Below, one piece after another: positions 20,281-30,012 of a stretch of 64,000 bases of DNA. The translations under genes and the position numbers were made by a program. The notes below the pieces were generated by a model. The model did no database searches and had not been told where the DNA came from. It was given only the letters and a program-made list of their open reading frames with translations. Each line of letters starts with the position of its first letter. The first letter of the stretch is position 1. The DNA is from Lachnospiraceae bacterium (GTDB lineage Bacteria; Bacillota; Clostridia; Lachnospirales; Lachnospiraceae): NCBI GenBank assembly GCA_045125245.1, contig JBGVNF010000118.1, positions 2,378 through 66,377 on the forward strand, read 5' to 3'.

Positions 20281-20874
20281 ATGGCAGTAAATAGAGTTCC
20301 AGTTCTTAAAAGATGTAGATCACTTGGTTTGGATCCTATCTATTTAGGAATCGACAAGAAGTCAAATAGAGAATTAAAGAGAGCAAATAAGAAGATCAGC
20401 GAGTACGGTCTTCAGTTAAGAGAAAAGCAGAAGGCTAAATTCATCTATGGTGTATTAGAGAAGCCTTTCAGAAATTTATTTGAGAAGGCTCAGAAGATGC
20501 AGGGTCGTTCAGGTGAAAACCTTATGACACTCCTTGAGCTTAGACTTGATAACGTAATTTTCCGTTTAGGATATGCTAGAACAAGAAAAGAAGCTAGACA
20601 GATCGTTGACCACAAGCACGTATTAGTAAACGGCAAGTGTGTAAACATCCCTTCATACCTTGTTAAGGCTGGCGATGTTATCGAAATTAAGGAAAAGAAT
20701 AGAGATTCTCAGAGATATAAGGATATCCTCGAAGTAACAGAAGGAAGACTTGTTCCAGAGTGGCTTGAGGCTGATCATGATAACTTCAAGGGTTCTGTTA
20801 AGCAGGTACCTACAAGAGATATCATTGATGTTCCTGTGGACGAAATGCTTATCGTCGAGTTATATTCTAAGTAA
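20281..20874 (+). CDS. rpsD: 30S ribosomal protein S4 (uS4)
   Basis: uS4 sequence with S4 RNA-binding domain (LE.RLDNV.FR.G.A.TR..ARQ.V.H.H..VNG). Confidence 0.97.
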   Translation: MAVNRVPVLKRCRSLGLDPIYLGIDKKSNRELKRANKKISEYGLQLREKQKAKFIYGVLEKPFRNLFEKAQKMQGRSGENLMTLLELRLDNVIFRLGYARTRKEARQIVDHKHVLVNGKCVNIPSYLVKAGDVIEIKEKNRDSQRYKDILEVTEGRLVPEWLEADHDNFKGSVKQVPTRDIIDVPVDEMLIVELYSK

Positions 20875-20906
20875 TTCGATTAATCCAAAGAAGGAGGGGC
20901 TTTACA

Positions 20907-21866
20907 GTGTTCGATTTTGAGAAACCAAATATTGAGATTGTAGAAATCTCAGAAGACAAGAAATATGGTAAGTTTGTTGTTGAACCACTTGAAAGAGGAT
21001 ATGGTACAACACTTGGTAATTCTTTAAGAAGAATTATGCTTTCCTCATTACCAGGCGCTGCTGTTAGCCAGGTTAAGATTGAGGGCGTTCTTCATGAGTT
21101 TACATCAATTCCTGGAGTAAAGGAAGATGTAACAGAGATTATCATGAATCTTAAGAGCTTATCTATTAAGAATAACAGCGAAACAAATGAACCTAAAGTA
21201 GCATACATCGAATTCAGCGGTGAAGGTGTTGTAACAGCAGCAGATATTCACGCAGACGCTGATATTGAGATATTAAATCCTGATTTGGTTATTGCTACAC
21301 TTAATGGTGGCGCAGATAGCAAATTGTACATGGAACTTACTATCACAAAGGGTAGAGGCTATGTAAGTGCTGATAAGAATAAGAATGATGATTTACCAAT
21401 CGGTGTTATCGCCGTTGATTCAATCTACACTCCAGTTGAGAGAGTGAACTTATCTATTCAGAACACACGTGTAGGTCAGATTACTGACTACGATAAGCTT
21501 ACATTAGATGTATACACAAATGGTACATTAGCTCCAGACGAGGCTGTTTCTTTAGCAGCTAAGGTATTAAGCGAGCATTTAAGCTTATTCATTGATCTTT
21601 CTGAAATCGCAGACAAGGCTGATGTCATGGTTGAGAAGGAAGAAAGCGAAAAGGAAAAAGTTTTAGAGATGAACATTGATGAGTTAGAATTATCAGTTCG
21701 TTCATACAACTGCTTAAAGAGAGCAGGTATCAATACTGTAGAAGAGCTTACAAATAAGACTTCAGAAGATATGATGAAGGTTAGAAACTTAGGCCGTAAG
21801 TCACTTGAAGAAGTACTTGCAAAGCTTAAGGAGTTAGGCTTACAGTTAAAGGCAGGAGACGAGTAA
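20907..21866 (+). CDS. rpoA: DNA-directed RNA polymerase alpha subunit
   Basis: N-terminal dimerisation domain (GYG.TLGN.LRR.LLSS.PG.A) and C-terminal domain (LELSVRS.NCLK.AGI.TV.EL); GTG start after GGAGGGG. Confidence 0.97.
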   Translation: MFDFEKPNIEIVEISEDKKYGKFVVEPLERGYGTTLGNSLRRIMLSSLPGAAVSQVKIEGVLHEFTSIPGVKEDVTEIIMNLKSLSIKNNSETNEPKVAYIEFSGEGVVTAADIHADADIEILNPDLVIATLNGGADSKLYMELTITKGRGYVSADKNKNDDLPIGVIAVDSIYTPVERVNLSIQNTRVGQITDYDKLTLDVYTNGTLAPDEAVSLAAKVLSEHLSLFIDLSEIADKADVMVEKEESEKEKVLEMNIDELELSVRSYNCLKRAGINTVEELTNKTSEDMMKVRNLGRKSLEEVLAKLKELGLQLKAGDE

Positions 21867-21973
21867 TCGTTCCACGTGCATATAATGTACGTTAAAGTAA
21901 TTTATGGAAATAGATGTTCAGATAGTAAGACCAAAGGGCATTCTGAAGATCCCACAAATGGAGGTAAAATAAA

Positions 21974-22510
21974 ATGGCTGGATATAGAAAGCTTAGTAGA
22001 GAAACATCAGTAAGAAAGGCATTAATCAGAGCACAGGTAACAAGCTTACTTGAGCATGGTAAGATCCGCACAACAGAAGCTAAGGCTAAGGAAATCCGTA
22101 AGGAAGTTGAGCACTTAATCGCACTTGCAGTTAAGGAAAAGGATAACTTCGAGGAAGTAACAGTTAAGGCTAAGGTTGCTAAGAAGGATGCTGATGGCAA
22201 GAGAGTTAAAGAAGTAGTAGACGGTAAGAAGGTTACAGTTTACGAAGAAGTTGAGAAGACAATTAAGAAGGATCTTCCTTCAAGACTTCATGCTAGAAGA
22301 CAGATGAACAAGGTTCTTTACACAGTAAAGGAAGTTCCAACAGATGCTGCTGGTAAGAAGAGAAACACAAAGGTTGTTGACTTAACAGATAAGTTATTCA
22401 ATGAATATGCTCCAAAGTATGCAAATCGTAAGGGTGGTTACACAAGAATCGTGAAGATCGGCCTTAGAAAAGGTGATGCAGCTATGGAAGTTCTCATCGA
22501 GTTAGTTTAA
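21974..22510 (+). CDS. rplQ: 50S ribosomal protein L17 (bL17) with a long internal insertion
   Basis: N-terminal (GYRKL.R....R.AL.R......L..HG.I.TT..KAKE.R) and C-terminal (R.GGYTRI.K.G.R.GD.A..V.IELV) bL17 blocks are separated by a K/E/V-rich segment; total 178 aa. Confidence 0.93.
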   Translation: MAGYRKLSRETSVRKALIRAQVTSLLEHGKIRTTEAKAKEIRKEVEHLIALAVKEKDNFEEVTVKAKVAKKDADGKRVKEVVDGKKVTVYEEVEKTIKKDLPSRLHARRQMNKVLYTVKEVPTDAAGKKRNTKVVDLTDKLFNEYAPKYANRKGGYTRIVKIGLRKGDAAMEVLIELV

Positions 22511-22540
22511 TTAAATATTAAGGCGTGAGCCATATATATT

Positions 22541-22592
22541 AAAACAAGAAGTCTTAGATTGATGCTATCATCATCTAGGACTTCTTGTTTTA
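22541..22592 (+). terminator. intrinsic terminator after rplQ
   Basis: AAAACAAGAAGTCTTAGAT / ATCTAGGACTTCTTGTTTT, 19-bp arms (one mismatch) ending in a T-run. Confidence 0.8.
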
Positions 22593-22761
22593 TAATCATA
22601 AGAATGATAATATAGAACTTAAGGTACAGTTGTAAAGACTTAATCGTAGGAAGTGTTTGGGAAAGATATTGTAAATTTAATGATAAATTGATTTAGTACA
22701 TAAAAAGTACATATAGAAAATATATCCTTCGTGTATAACAAATTACAAAGGAGTTGGGATT

Positions 22762-25302
22762 ATGAAAAAATGGAAAATTATATTAAGTGTTTTATTGGCA
22801 AATATAATATTTTTTAGTGGAGCAGCTTTTATAGTTACTGCTACACAGGCATATGGAATCTTAGAAGAAATGAAATGGCATAGTGAAGGCGAAGCAAAAT
22901 TGATTTTAAGGGATGATTCGTATATTCCTATATATGCTGGTGGCCTTAATAATGCTTTTGTTAATCAAAGAATTGTTAATTACATAGCAGACCTGCATTG
23001 TACGGATTATTCAGCTAGTTATGCAGTAGCTATGGAAGATAATAATGTTATAGCTGATCCATTAAATAAGCTTGTATTTCCTCGTTACGGAATAAATTAT
23101 TATTCTGAAGAGGATAGAATCATTGATTTCGATAAATTCTTTACAGATGATGAAATCAAAGATATGAAGAAGTTTTTTGAAAGTAATATAGGTAAACTTG
23201 ATGAAGAAATAACTAGGATAGTTTGTTTTGGAAAGATGGATGATAAATATATTTATCCTACACATATTGCTATCGGAAATGTGTATGATGAGGAGCTTAC
23301 GAGAGAGAATATTCTAATAAATACGGATGAGAAAGCTTTAAATAAGAGCTATGCGATGCTTGTATATGAGATTCATAAGGAATATGTATATGAAAATGAA
23401 GAAAGATTAGTTGATATAGATTTGCAATCTTATCTACATCCAGATGATGCAAAAGAATATATTTGGCCAATTACTTTTGATAGTTATTGTCCGGAGTATA
23501 AAGGTGATTTTGAACAAGTAGTAACAAATGTAAATAAATATAAAAAGTATATAAGTGAAAATGGAACATATGAGAGAAATTCTATTTTTACTTATAAGAA
23601 GATTTCGTCAAAACAGATAGAGGATTGCGGTCATGTTATCACCGAGTATTATTCGTTTGTAGGAAAGCCATTTAAGCAGGCGATTGATGAGTGCCCAGAA
23701 AAATATATAGCGATATTACTTTTGCTTATTCCTGTTAATTTGTTTGTTATAATGGTAATTAATTCGCTGAAAAAAAACTATTATAAAGGAAATGGAGTAA
23801 AAGTAAAAAAATCAGACATAGTATTAGCAAATATAATGTTATTTGTTGCGTTGGTACTAGATATTACTATTATGCAGACAAAAAATATATTAATATCATT
23901 AGCTTATACATATTTTTTGCATCCACATATTATTATAGGAATGTTTTTATTTAATATATTTATCATATATTCTGCAAAAAAAATATATAATCGTCAGGTG
24001 ATAAACGATAAAATTGCTAGCCAGATATTTTTCAGTGTTACTGATAAATTAATAGACTGTGTGGATGAATTAGAAAGTATTAATCGTGGTATTTCCTTAG
24101 ATTCTGATAAGTCAGATAGAGAGCTTTTTGATAAAGAGATAAGGAATTTAGATGGTTATATAAGGGATGTAATAGAGTGGTCCAAGATGCAAGTAGGAGT
24201 ACTTGAAATACATCCAGAAGAGGTGGAATTTGGCTATTTAGTAGAGGCGGTTATAAAAGATGTTAGTAAAGATACTAGAATAAAGATAATAACCAATATA
24301 GATATGAATATTGTAATAGAGGCAGATTTATCAAGACTAGCAAAGGCAGTAGCTGCATTTATAAGATTTGTAATAAGATTCTCAGAAGATAGAGAAGCCA
24401 TATATGTGATTGTAGAAGAATCTGAGGACAAGGCATATTTTAAGGTTTCAAATAATCAGAATATCAAAAATCTAAATAGGAGAGCGTATAAGAACAAATC
24501 TAAGATGTTGGCGACATTTGATATGCTATTAGGCAAAAGCTATATTAGATTACATAATGGTGAGCATTGGTACTATGATGAGGAAGATGAATTTACTCAA
24601 TATTTTGCGGTACCGCTTAAGTATATTGCTAAAAAGAAAAGCAAGAAGGATGTAAATCTTAAAGAAATATATGGAGTAATTGCTCATGAGCTTAAGACTC
24701 CTTTAAATGTTATGAAGCTATATAATGAGGCTCTTATGATTGGAAATGTATCAGAAGAAAAGATAGAGAGATATAATTTAATTATTAAGACGCAATTAGA
24801 ACTTATTGTGAATCAGGTACATGAATTTGTGGATTCGAACTATGTTAGTAGGGGAATTGTACATCCTAAAAAAGAAAGTGTGGATTTAGTAGAAGTTATT
24901 AATAAAACACTTGATAAATATAGTGTGATAATGGAAGATAAAGAGCTAACAGCTAATATAGAGGGAGTAGATAAGGCGGAGTTTATTTCAGATGCAACAG
25001 GTGTAAGAAGTATTGTATCAAATTATATTAATAATGCTATTAAGTATAGTATGGTAGCTGAAACAATTAATATTTCTGTGGAAAAAGATGAAAGATTTGC
25101 TATAATAAAAATAGCAAATAAGGTGCCTGAAAATTTAAGATATAATACTGAGGATAAGGACAAAAAGGTTATTAATCGAATAGAAAGAGATGGTTTAGGT
25201 TTAATTATAGCTAGGACATATCTTGATATTTGTAAGGCTAGCTACGGATGTAATTATGCTGATGACAACGTGGAGTATTGGTTTAAGTTTCGTATAAAAT
25301 AG
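22762..25302 (+). CDS. sensor histidine kinase with a large N-terminal extracytoplasmic domain, multi-TM block and an extra degenerate kinase-like core
   Basis: H-box IAHELKTPLNV, N-box SNYINNAIKYS and G-box RDGLGLIIAR in the last ~220 aa; AAAGGAG RBS. Confidence 0.85.
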   Translation: MKKWKIILSVLLANIIFFSGAAFIVTATQAYGILEEMKWHSEGEAKLILRDDSYIPIYAGGLNNAFVNQRIVNYIADLHCTDYSASYAVAMEDNNVIADPLNKLVFPRYGINYYSEEDRIIDFDKFFTDDEIKDMKKFFESNIGKLDEEITRIVCFGKMDDKYIYPTHIAIGNVYDEELTRENILINTDEKALNKSYAMLVYEIHKEYVYENEERLVDIDLQSYLHPDDAKEYIWPITFDSYCPEYKGDFEQVVTNVNKYKKYISENGTYERNSIFTYKKISSKQIEDCGHVITEYYSFVGKPFKQAIDECPEKYIAILLLLIPVNLFVIMVINSLKKNYYKGNGVKVKKSDIVLANIMLFVALVLDITIMQTKNILISLAYTYFLHPHIIIGMFLFNIFIIYSAKKIYNRQVINDKIASQIFFSVTDKLIDCVDELESINRGISLDSDKSDRELFDKEIRNLDGYIRDVIEWSKMQVGVLEIHPEEVEFGYLVEAVIKDVSKDTRIKIITNIDMNIVIEADLSRLAKAVAAFIRFVIRFSEDREAIYVIVEESEDKAYFKVSNNQNIKNLNRRAYKNKSKMLATFDMLLGKSYIRLHNGEHWYYDEEDEFTQYFAVPLKYIAKKKSKKDVNLKEIYGVIAHELKTPLNVMKLYNEALMIGNVSEEKIERYNLIIKTQLELIVNQVHEFVDSNYVSRGIVHPKKESVDLVEVINKTLDKYSVIMEDKELTANIEGVDKAEFISDATGVRSIVSNYINNAIKYSMVAETINISVEKDERFAIIKIANKVPENLRYNTEDKDKKVINRIERDGLGLIIARTYLDICKASYGCNYADDNVEYWFKFRIK

Positions 25303-25311
25303 AGGAATGAA

Positions 25312-25980
25312 ATGAGTGAAAGAATATTATTAGTAGAAGATAATGTTCAGGCAAATAATGTGGTGAAGGATTATTTCGTGGAAAAGGGATATGAGGTAGA
25401 GGCTGCCTTTGATGGAACAACGGGACTAAAGATGGCTAGAGCTAATGAATACGATGTAATCTTTCTTGATGCAATGATGCCTGGCATAGATGGGTTTACA
25501 TTTTGCAAAATGATTAGACAAGAGAAAATTGTGCCAATCATTATGCTTACAAGCTTAGCTGATGAAGAAAATATGCTAAAAGGTTATGAGAACGGAGCAG
25601 ATGATTATGTGACAAAGCCATTTTCAATGGCTGTATTACACGCAAAAACAGTAGCTTTGTTAAAGCGTAGAAAGCTGACAATGGGTGATACAGATATTAT
25701 TGATTGCGGTGCTTTGAAGGTTAATGTAGCAACTCATACCATAGATGTGGATTTAGAAACTAAGAAGCTACCTAAAAAGCAGTTTGAGATACTTATGTAC
25801 TTAATAGAGAATAAGGGTATGATTCTTACCAGAGAGCAGATTTTGGAGCGTGCGTGGAGAGATGAATATGGTGTCTATGACAGAGTGGTAGATACGCATA
25901 TAAAGAAGCTTCGAGCGTTGCTTGGAAGTGCAAGTGATATGATAGAAACTGTAGTTGGTGTAGGGTATATGTGGAAGTAG
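25312..25980 (+). CDS. OmpR-family response regulator
   Basis: Receiver domain (LLVEDN...DVIFLDAMMPG.DG) plus winged-helix output (REQILERAWRDEYGVYDRVVDTHIKKLR). Confidence 0.93.
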   Translation: MSERILLVEDNVQANNVVKDYFVEKGYEVEAAFDGTTGLKMARANEYDVIFLDAMMPGIDGFTFCKMIRQEKIVPIIMLTSLADEENMLKGYENGADDYVTKPFSMAVLHAKTVALLKRRKLTMGDTDIIDCGALKVNVATHTIDVDLETKKLPKKQFEILMYLIENKGMILTREQILERAWRDEYGVYDRVVDTHIKKLRALLGSASDMIETVVGVGYMWK

Positions 25981-25997
25981 AGGATAAAGGTGTAGCA

Positions 25998-26519
25998 ATG
26001 AGAGAACTATTTACAATTGATTTGAAAAATTATAAGGAGAATGGAACAGTAGGAAAAAGGCCTTCTGTTAGAGGAATCATTATAAAGGATGGAAAGATTG
26101 CTATGATGCATAGCCTTAAATATGATTACTATAAACTTCCAGGTGGTGGCATAGAAGAGGGTGAGGAATTAAGAGATACTCTTGTGCGTGAAGTAAAGGA
26201 AGAGAGCGGACTTGTAGTTAAGAAGGAAACTATCAAGGAATTTGGCTATGTCAGACGTATTGAGAAGGGGATGTTTGAAGATATATTTATGCAGGAAAAT
26301 TATTATTTTTTGTGTGATGTGGAGGATGAGATATCTAGTCAGGAATTGGATGATTACGAAGCTGAAGAAGGATTTACATTAGAGTTTGTTACACCAGAGC
26401 AAGCTATTAATGTTAATAATACCGGTGACCATAGGGAAAAGGTAGAGAAGCAGACTTTTACAGGTATGCTGACAAGAGAAAATAGAGTCCTTCAGATGGT
26501 TAGAGATGAATTGCTATAA
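25998..26519 (+). CDS. NUDIX hydrolase
   Basis: NUDIX box GGGIEEGEELRDTLVREVKEESGL; ATG 25998 preferred over the track start 25971, which overlaps the response-regulator gene. Confidence 0.85.
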   Translation: MRELFTIDLKNYKENGTVGKRPSVRGIIIKDGKIAMMHSLKYDYYKLPGGGIEEGEELRDTLVREVKEESGLVVKKETIKEFGYVRRIEKGMFEDIFMQENYYFLCDVEDEISSQELDDYEAEEGFTLEFVTPEQAINVNNTGDHREKVEKQTFTGMLTRENRVLQMVRDELL

Positions 26520-26531
26520 ATATATTGGAGT

Positions 26532-27176
26532 ATGTATATGGATTTGAAAGAATTTGAAAAAGAGTTTGCTACATTAGGAAATAATTATAAAACCAAGGAT
26601 GTGGATAGGTTTAATAAGGGACTTATCAAGAGAGGGATAGAGGTTTCATTTCTTAGAGAATTGGTTTTGGATAAACAGGAGTATCATAGGACATATTTTC
26701 AAGTATCTTTAGAACAGATGAAGACCATAGAAGAAAAGCTTGATTTTATAGAGGAAAATTTTGATAAGCTTGATGATTGGTGGCATGTGGATCAGCTGGC
26801 ACAGTTTGTTGATAAGCAGCTTACCTTTGATTTAGTATATAAAAGAGCGAAAGAATATATTAAGAGTGATTTGACATTTGCCAGAAGATGGGGCTATGTG
26901 ATATTTATGCCAAGTCTTGTAAAAGATGTGAAGAAGGCAGACAAGATATTTAAATTATTTAAGGATGATGAAGAGTATTATGTTCAGATGGCAGAGGCAT
27001 GGTTAATATCGTATCTTGGAATATATGTACCAGAAATGACTTATGAATACTTAAAAGGATGTCCATTAAAATATAATATAGCAGGTAAGGGTATTCAAAA
27101 GATTTGTGACTCGTATAGGGTGAGTGATGAGTGGAAGGGTAAATTTAAATCATTAAGAGAATTGTATAAGAAGTAG
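26532..27176 (+). CDS. DNA alkylation repair (AlkD/HEAT-like repeat) family protein, tentative
   Basis: About 214 aa; DDWWHVDQL resembles the family WWD.VD motif, and ARRWGYV / AEAWLISYL resemble later family repeats; recalled from memory only. Confidence 0.5.
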   Translation: MYMDLKEFEKEFATLGNNYKTKDVDRFNKGLIKRGIEVSFLRELVLDKQEYHRTYFQVSLEQMKTIEEKLDFIEENFDKLDDWWHVDQLAQFVDKQLTFDLVYKRAKEYIKSDLTFARRWGYVIFMPSLVKDVKKADKIFKLFKDDEEYYVQMAEAWLISYLGIYVPEMTYEYLKGCPLKYNIAGKGIQKICDSYRVSDEWKGKFKSLRELYKK

Positions 27177-27258
27177 AAGTTGATGAATATTTATTAATGT
27201 CTTGGATGCTATACAGGGTATTTTTGAACATATTTGATAATGAGATAGGAGATAATAA

Positions 27259-27696
27259 ATGCTTACAATTATTCGAAATATGACAGAAGCAGACAGGGTT
27301 GAAGTTCGAAAAATGATGGAAGTTTTTTATGCATCACCCGCAGTTTTAAGTAACGGTTCTGCAGAAATTTTTGAAAATGATATAGCTAATTGTGTAAATG
27401 AATGTCCTTATTTGGAGGGATATATTTTTGAAGAGCAAAATGTAATCAAGGGTTATGCTATGGTTGCGAAAAGCTTTTCGACTGAATTTGGTAAGCCTTG
27501 CATATGGATAGAAGATTTGTATGTAAAAGATGAATTTAGAGGACAGGGTATAGGAACAATGTTTTTTGAATTTATAGGAAAAAAATATGAAGGATATGTG
27601 CAGCGTCTAGAGGTTGAAGAGGAAAATGAGAAGGCGGTTGCGGTGTATGAGAAGTGTGGTTTTGAAGAGATTCCTTATATGGAGATGAAGAGGTAG
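27259..27696 (+). CDS. GNAT family N-acetyltransferase
   Basis: Motif A FRGQGIGTMFF; 145 aa. Confidence 0.85.
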   Translation: MLTIIRNMTEADRVEVRKMMEVFYASPAVLSNGSAEIFENDIANCVNECPYLEGYIFEEQNVIKGYAMVAKSFSTEFGKPCIWIEDLYVKDEFRGQGIGTMFFEFIGKKYEGYVQRLEVEEENEKAVAVYEKCGFEEIPYMEMKR

Positions 27697-27702
27697 TATT
27701 CT

Positions 27703-28368
27703 ATGAGTATGGAATTGGTTTTTGAGAAATATTTTCCTTTTTGGGAAGAATTGAATGAAGCAGACAAAAAATATTTACAAGAGAATACAACTACTAAACA
27801 TTTTGATAAAGAACAATCAGTTCATAGTAATATGGAGTGTTCGGGAGTGTTCATAGTGAAGAGTGGCAAGTTGCGTTTATATATGTGTTCTGATGAAGGA
27901 AAGGAAATTACATTATATAGACTTTCGCCAGGAGAGATGTGTATGTTATCGGCTTCTTGCGTGTTACAAAGTATTACGTTTGATGTATTTGTTGATGCAG
28001 AGACATCGACCGATTGTTATATTATATCAGGAGCAGCATTTAATAAAGTGGCAGAAAAAGTTCCTGCGATGAAAATATTTGCGCTAGAGGCAGCAGTTTC
28101 ACGTTTTTCTGATGTTATGTGGATTATGCAGCAGATTGTGTTTATGAATCAGGATAAAAGGTTGGCGATTTTCTTGTTAGAAGAGGCGGAATCAAAGGGA
28201 GATAATATTATTACATTGACTCATGAGCAAATAGCAAGACATTTGGGTACAGCCAGAGAAGTTGTAAGTAGGATGTTAAAGCATTTGGCAAGTGATGGAG
28301 TCCTTGAAGTTACACGAAAGGGAATAAACATTATAGATATAAAGAAATTAAGGAACATAGCATATTAG
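27703..28368 (+). CDS. Crp/Fnr family transcriptional regulator
   Basis: cNMP-binding-like beta-barrel N-domain and C-terminal HTH LTHEQIARHLGTAREVVSRMLKHL. Confidence 0.9.
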   Translation: MSMELVFEKYFPFWEELNEADKKYLQENTTTKHFDKEQSVHSNMECSGVFIVKSGKLRLYMCSDEGKEITLYRLSPGEMCMLSASCVLQSITFDVFVDAETSTDCYIISGAAFNKVAEKVPAMKIFALEAAVSRFSDVMWIMQQIVFMNQDKRLAIFLLEEAESKGDNIITLTHEQIARHLGTAREVVSRMLKHLASDGVLEVTRKGINIIDIKKLRNIAY

Positions 28369-28955
28369 AGTTCGTTGTTTTCTGTTGGATTTTTGATTTT
28401 ACAAATCATTTGTGTCATTGTGCCCATTGGGCAATATACACACCAAGAGCGAGGCTTGAATAACACCATTGTTAATAAACCAAGCAATGTAGATGTAAGC
28501 ATTATGCTATAAAAGCCAAAAGCAAATTGTGCAACACCTGCAGAAAATAAAGTGCCATAATATGCCCAATTCCAGGGAACTTTAAAAGTCCAGAAGAGAG
28601 TAATTACTTGTTTAAGACTCTTTACGTCTGCAAAAACTAGATATGTATTCCATAACATTAGCCCAAACATAATCATAAAAAAGGTTAGGAAGCCGTATCT
28701 AAACCATGGGGAAACCATCCATCTTGGCGTATCTTTTTTTTTTGATAATCCAAAGCGTCCACCTAGCATAGAGAAAAGCTGACCTTTTCCGCAGTAGCGA
28801 TTGCAGTAGCCTTTATTGCCTTTGATTATAGAAATCGCGAGAGGTGTTATAAAGCATATAAGACCTAACCAGGCGAATAAAATATTTACAAATCCAAGAA
28901 GTAAATAGATTGTTGAAAATATCCATAAATAGTCGTACCATTTCTTTTTATTCAT
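28365..28955 (-). CDS. integral membrane 4Fe-4S-binding (Cys-motif) protein
   Basis: Five to six hydrophobic helices; Cys motifs GYCNRYCGKG and SWCVYCPMG; translationally coupled to the upstream ferredoxin gene. Confidence 0.6.
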   Translation of the reverse strand: MNKKKWYDYLWIFSTIYLLLGFVNILFAWLGLICFITPLAISIIKGNKGYCNRYCGKGQLFSMLGGRFGLSKKKDTPRWMVSPWFRYGFLTFFMIMFGLMLWNTYLVFADVKSLKQVITLFWTFKVPWNWAYYGTLFSAGVAQFAFGFYSIMLTSTLLGLLTMVLFKPRSWCVYCPMGTMTQMICKIKNPTENNEL

Positions 28956-29148
28956 TGTCGGTCACCTCGCTTATAGTAATAATGCTTGCAGGACATTTCT
29001 TTGCACACATTCCGCAGCCAACACATTTATCTGAATTGACAATGGCGTTAGTTCCTGTAGGAATTGATATAGCGTCAAGTTTACAGGCTGTAAGGCAACA
29101 GCCACATGCTACACATAGTTTTTTATTGATTATTGCTTTCTTTTTCAT
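28948..29148 (-). CDS. 2x[4Fe-4S] ferredoxin
   Basis: CVACGCCLTAC and CVGCGMCAKKCP cluster motifs in 66 aa. Confidence 0.88.
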   Translation of the reverse strand: MKKKAIINKKLCVACGCCLTACKLDAISIPTGTNAIVNSDKCVGCGMCAKKCPASIITISEVTDNE

Positions 29149-29320
29149 AGTTTAATACCTCCTGTTTATTTGATTATACAAAATAAAAATTTTTTTTCAG
29201 TGACTTTTATCACAATAGAGGGTTGGTGGATTATATTACATAAATATTGTAAAGAGAGGTTAATTGCGGCATAATAGTTATGATTAAATTCGATTAAAAA
29301 CATAATTAATGGAGGATATA

Positions 29321-29935
29321 ATGATGACAGAGAAGGAGAAAATGCTACAAGGAAAAATATACGATACATCAGATAAAGAGTTGGCAGGTATGCGTCTTAA
29401 AGCTCATAAGCTATCAAAAGCTTACAATGATACATTTGAGGATGAGGAAGAGAAGCGTACAAGTATTTTAGATGAACTGTTACCTAATAGGGGAAAGAAT
29501 ACATATATCCAAGGTCCAATCCAATTTGATTATGGTGAGTTTACTACCTTTGGGGAAAGATGCTTTGCTAATTTTAATCTTACAGTTTTGGATTGTTGTC
29601 CGGTTACAATTGGCAATGATGTGTTTTTCGGACCTAATTGTACATTGGCAACACCGATACATCCTCTGTTAAACGAAGAGCGTAAGTTAAGATTCAAAGA
29701 TGATGGTACAGCGTATGACTATGAATATGCCAAGCCTATTGTTATCGAGGATGGATGCTGGCTAGCTACCAATGTAACTGTATGTGGTGGAGTGACTATA
29801 GGAAAGAATTCTGTGATAGGTGCTGGAAGTGTAGTTACAAGAGATATACCGCAAGGTTGTATTGCAGTGGGAAATCCATGTAGGGTGGTAAGGGAAATAA
29901 CAGATAAGGACGCTGTGTTGAAAGAGATGGTATAA
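29321..29935 (+). CDS. maa: maltose/galactoside O-acetyltransferase (hexapeptide-repeat family)
   Basis: N-terminal Mac domain (KEKMLQGKIYD) and left-handed beta-helix hexapeptides (GKNSVIGAGSVVTRDIP...VGNPCRVVR); ATG 29321 follows GGAGG. Confidence 0.85.
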   Translation: MMTEKEKMLQGKIYDTSDKELAGMRLKAHKLSKAYNDTFEDEEEKRTSILDELLPNRGKNTYIQGPIQFDYGEFTTFGERCFANFNLTVLDCCPVTIGNDVFFGPNCTLATPIHPLLNEERKLRFKDDGTAYDYEYAKPIVIEDGCWLATNVTVCGGVTIGKNSVIGAGSVVTRDIPQGCIAVGNPCRVVREITDKDAVLKEMV

Positions 29936-29942
29936 CAAAAAT

Positions 29943-29981
29943 TCCCTCGTTTTATTGATAAGATAAAATGAGGGGATTTTT
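29943..29981 (+). terminator. intrinsic terminator after maa
   Basis: TCCCTCGTTTTAT / ATAAAATGAGGGGA stem followed by TTTTT. Confidence 0.8.
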
Positions 29982-30012
29982 GTGTAATAAAAGGTTGTTT
30001 TTAATCTAAAAC

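Noticed and set aside
28910-29155. 81-aa + strand ORF opposite the ferredoxin gene
   Set aside because: The opposite strand encodes a textbook 2x[4Fe-4S] ferredoxin with both Cys clusters, and the + ORF has no RBS or recognisable motif.
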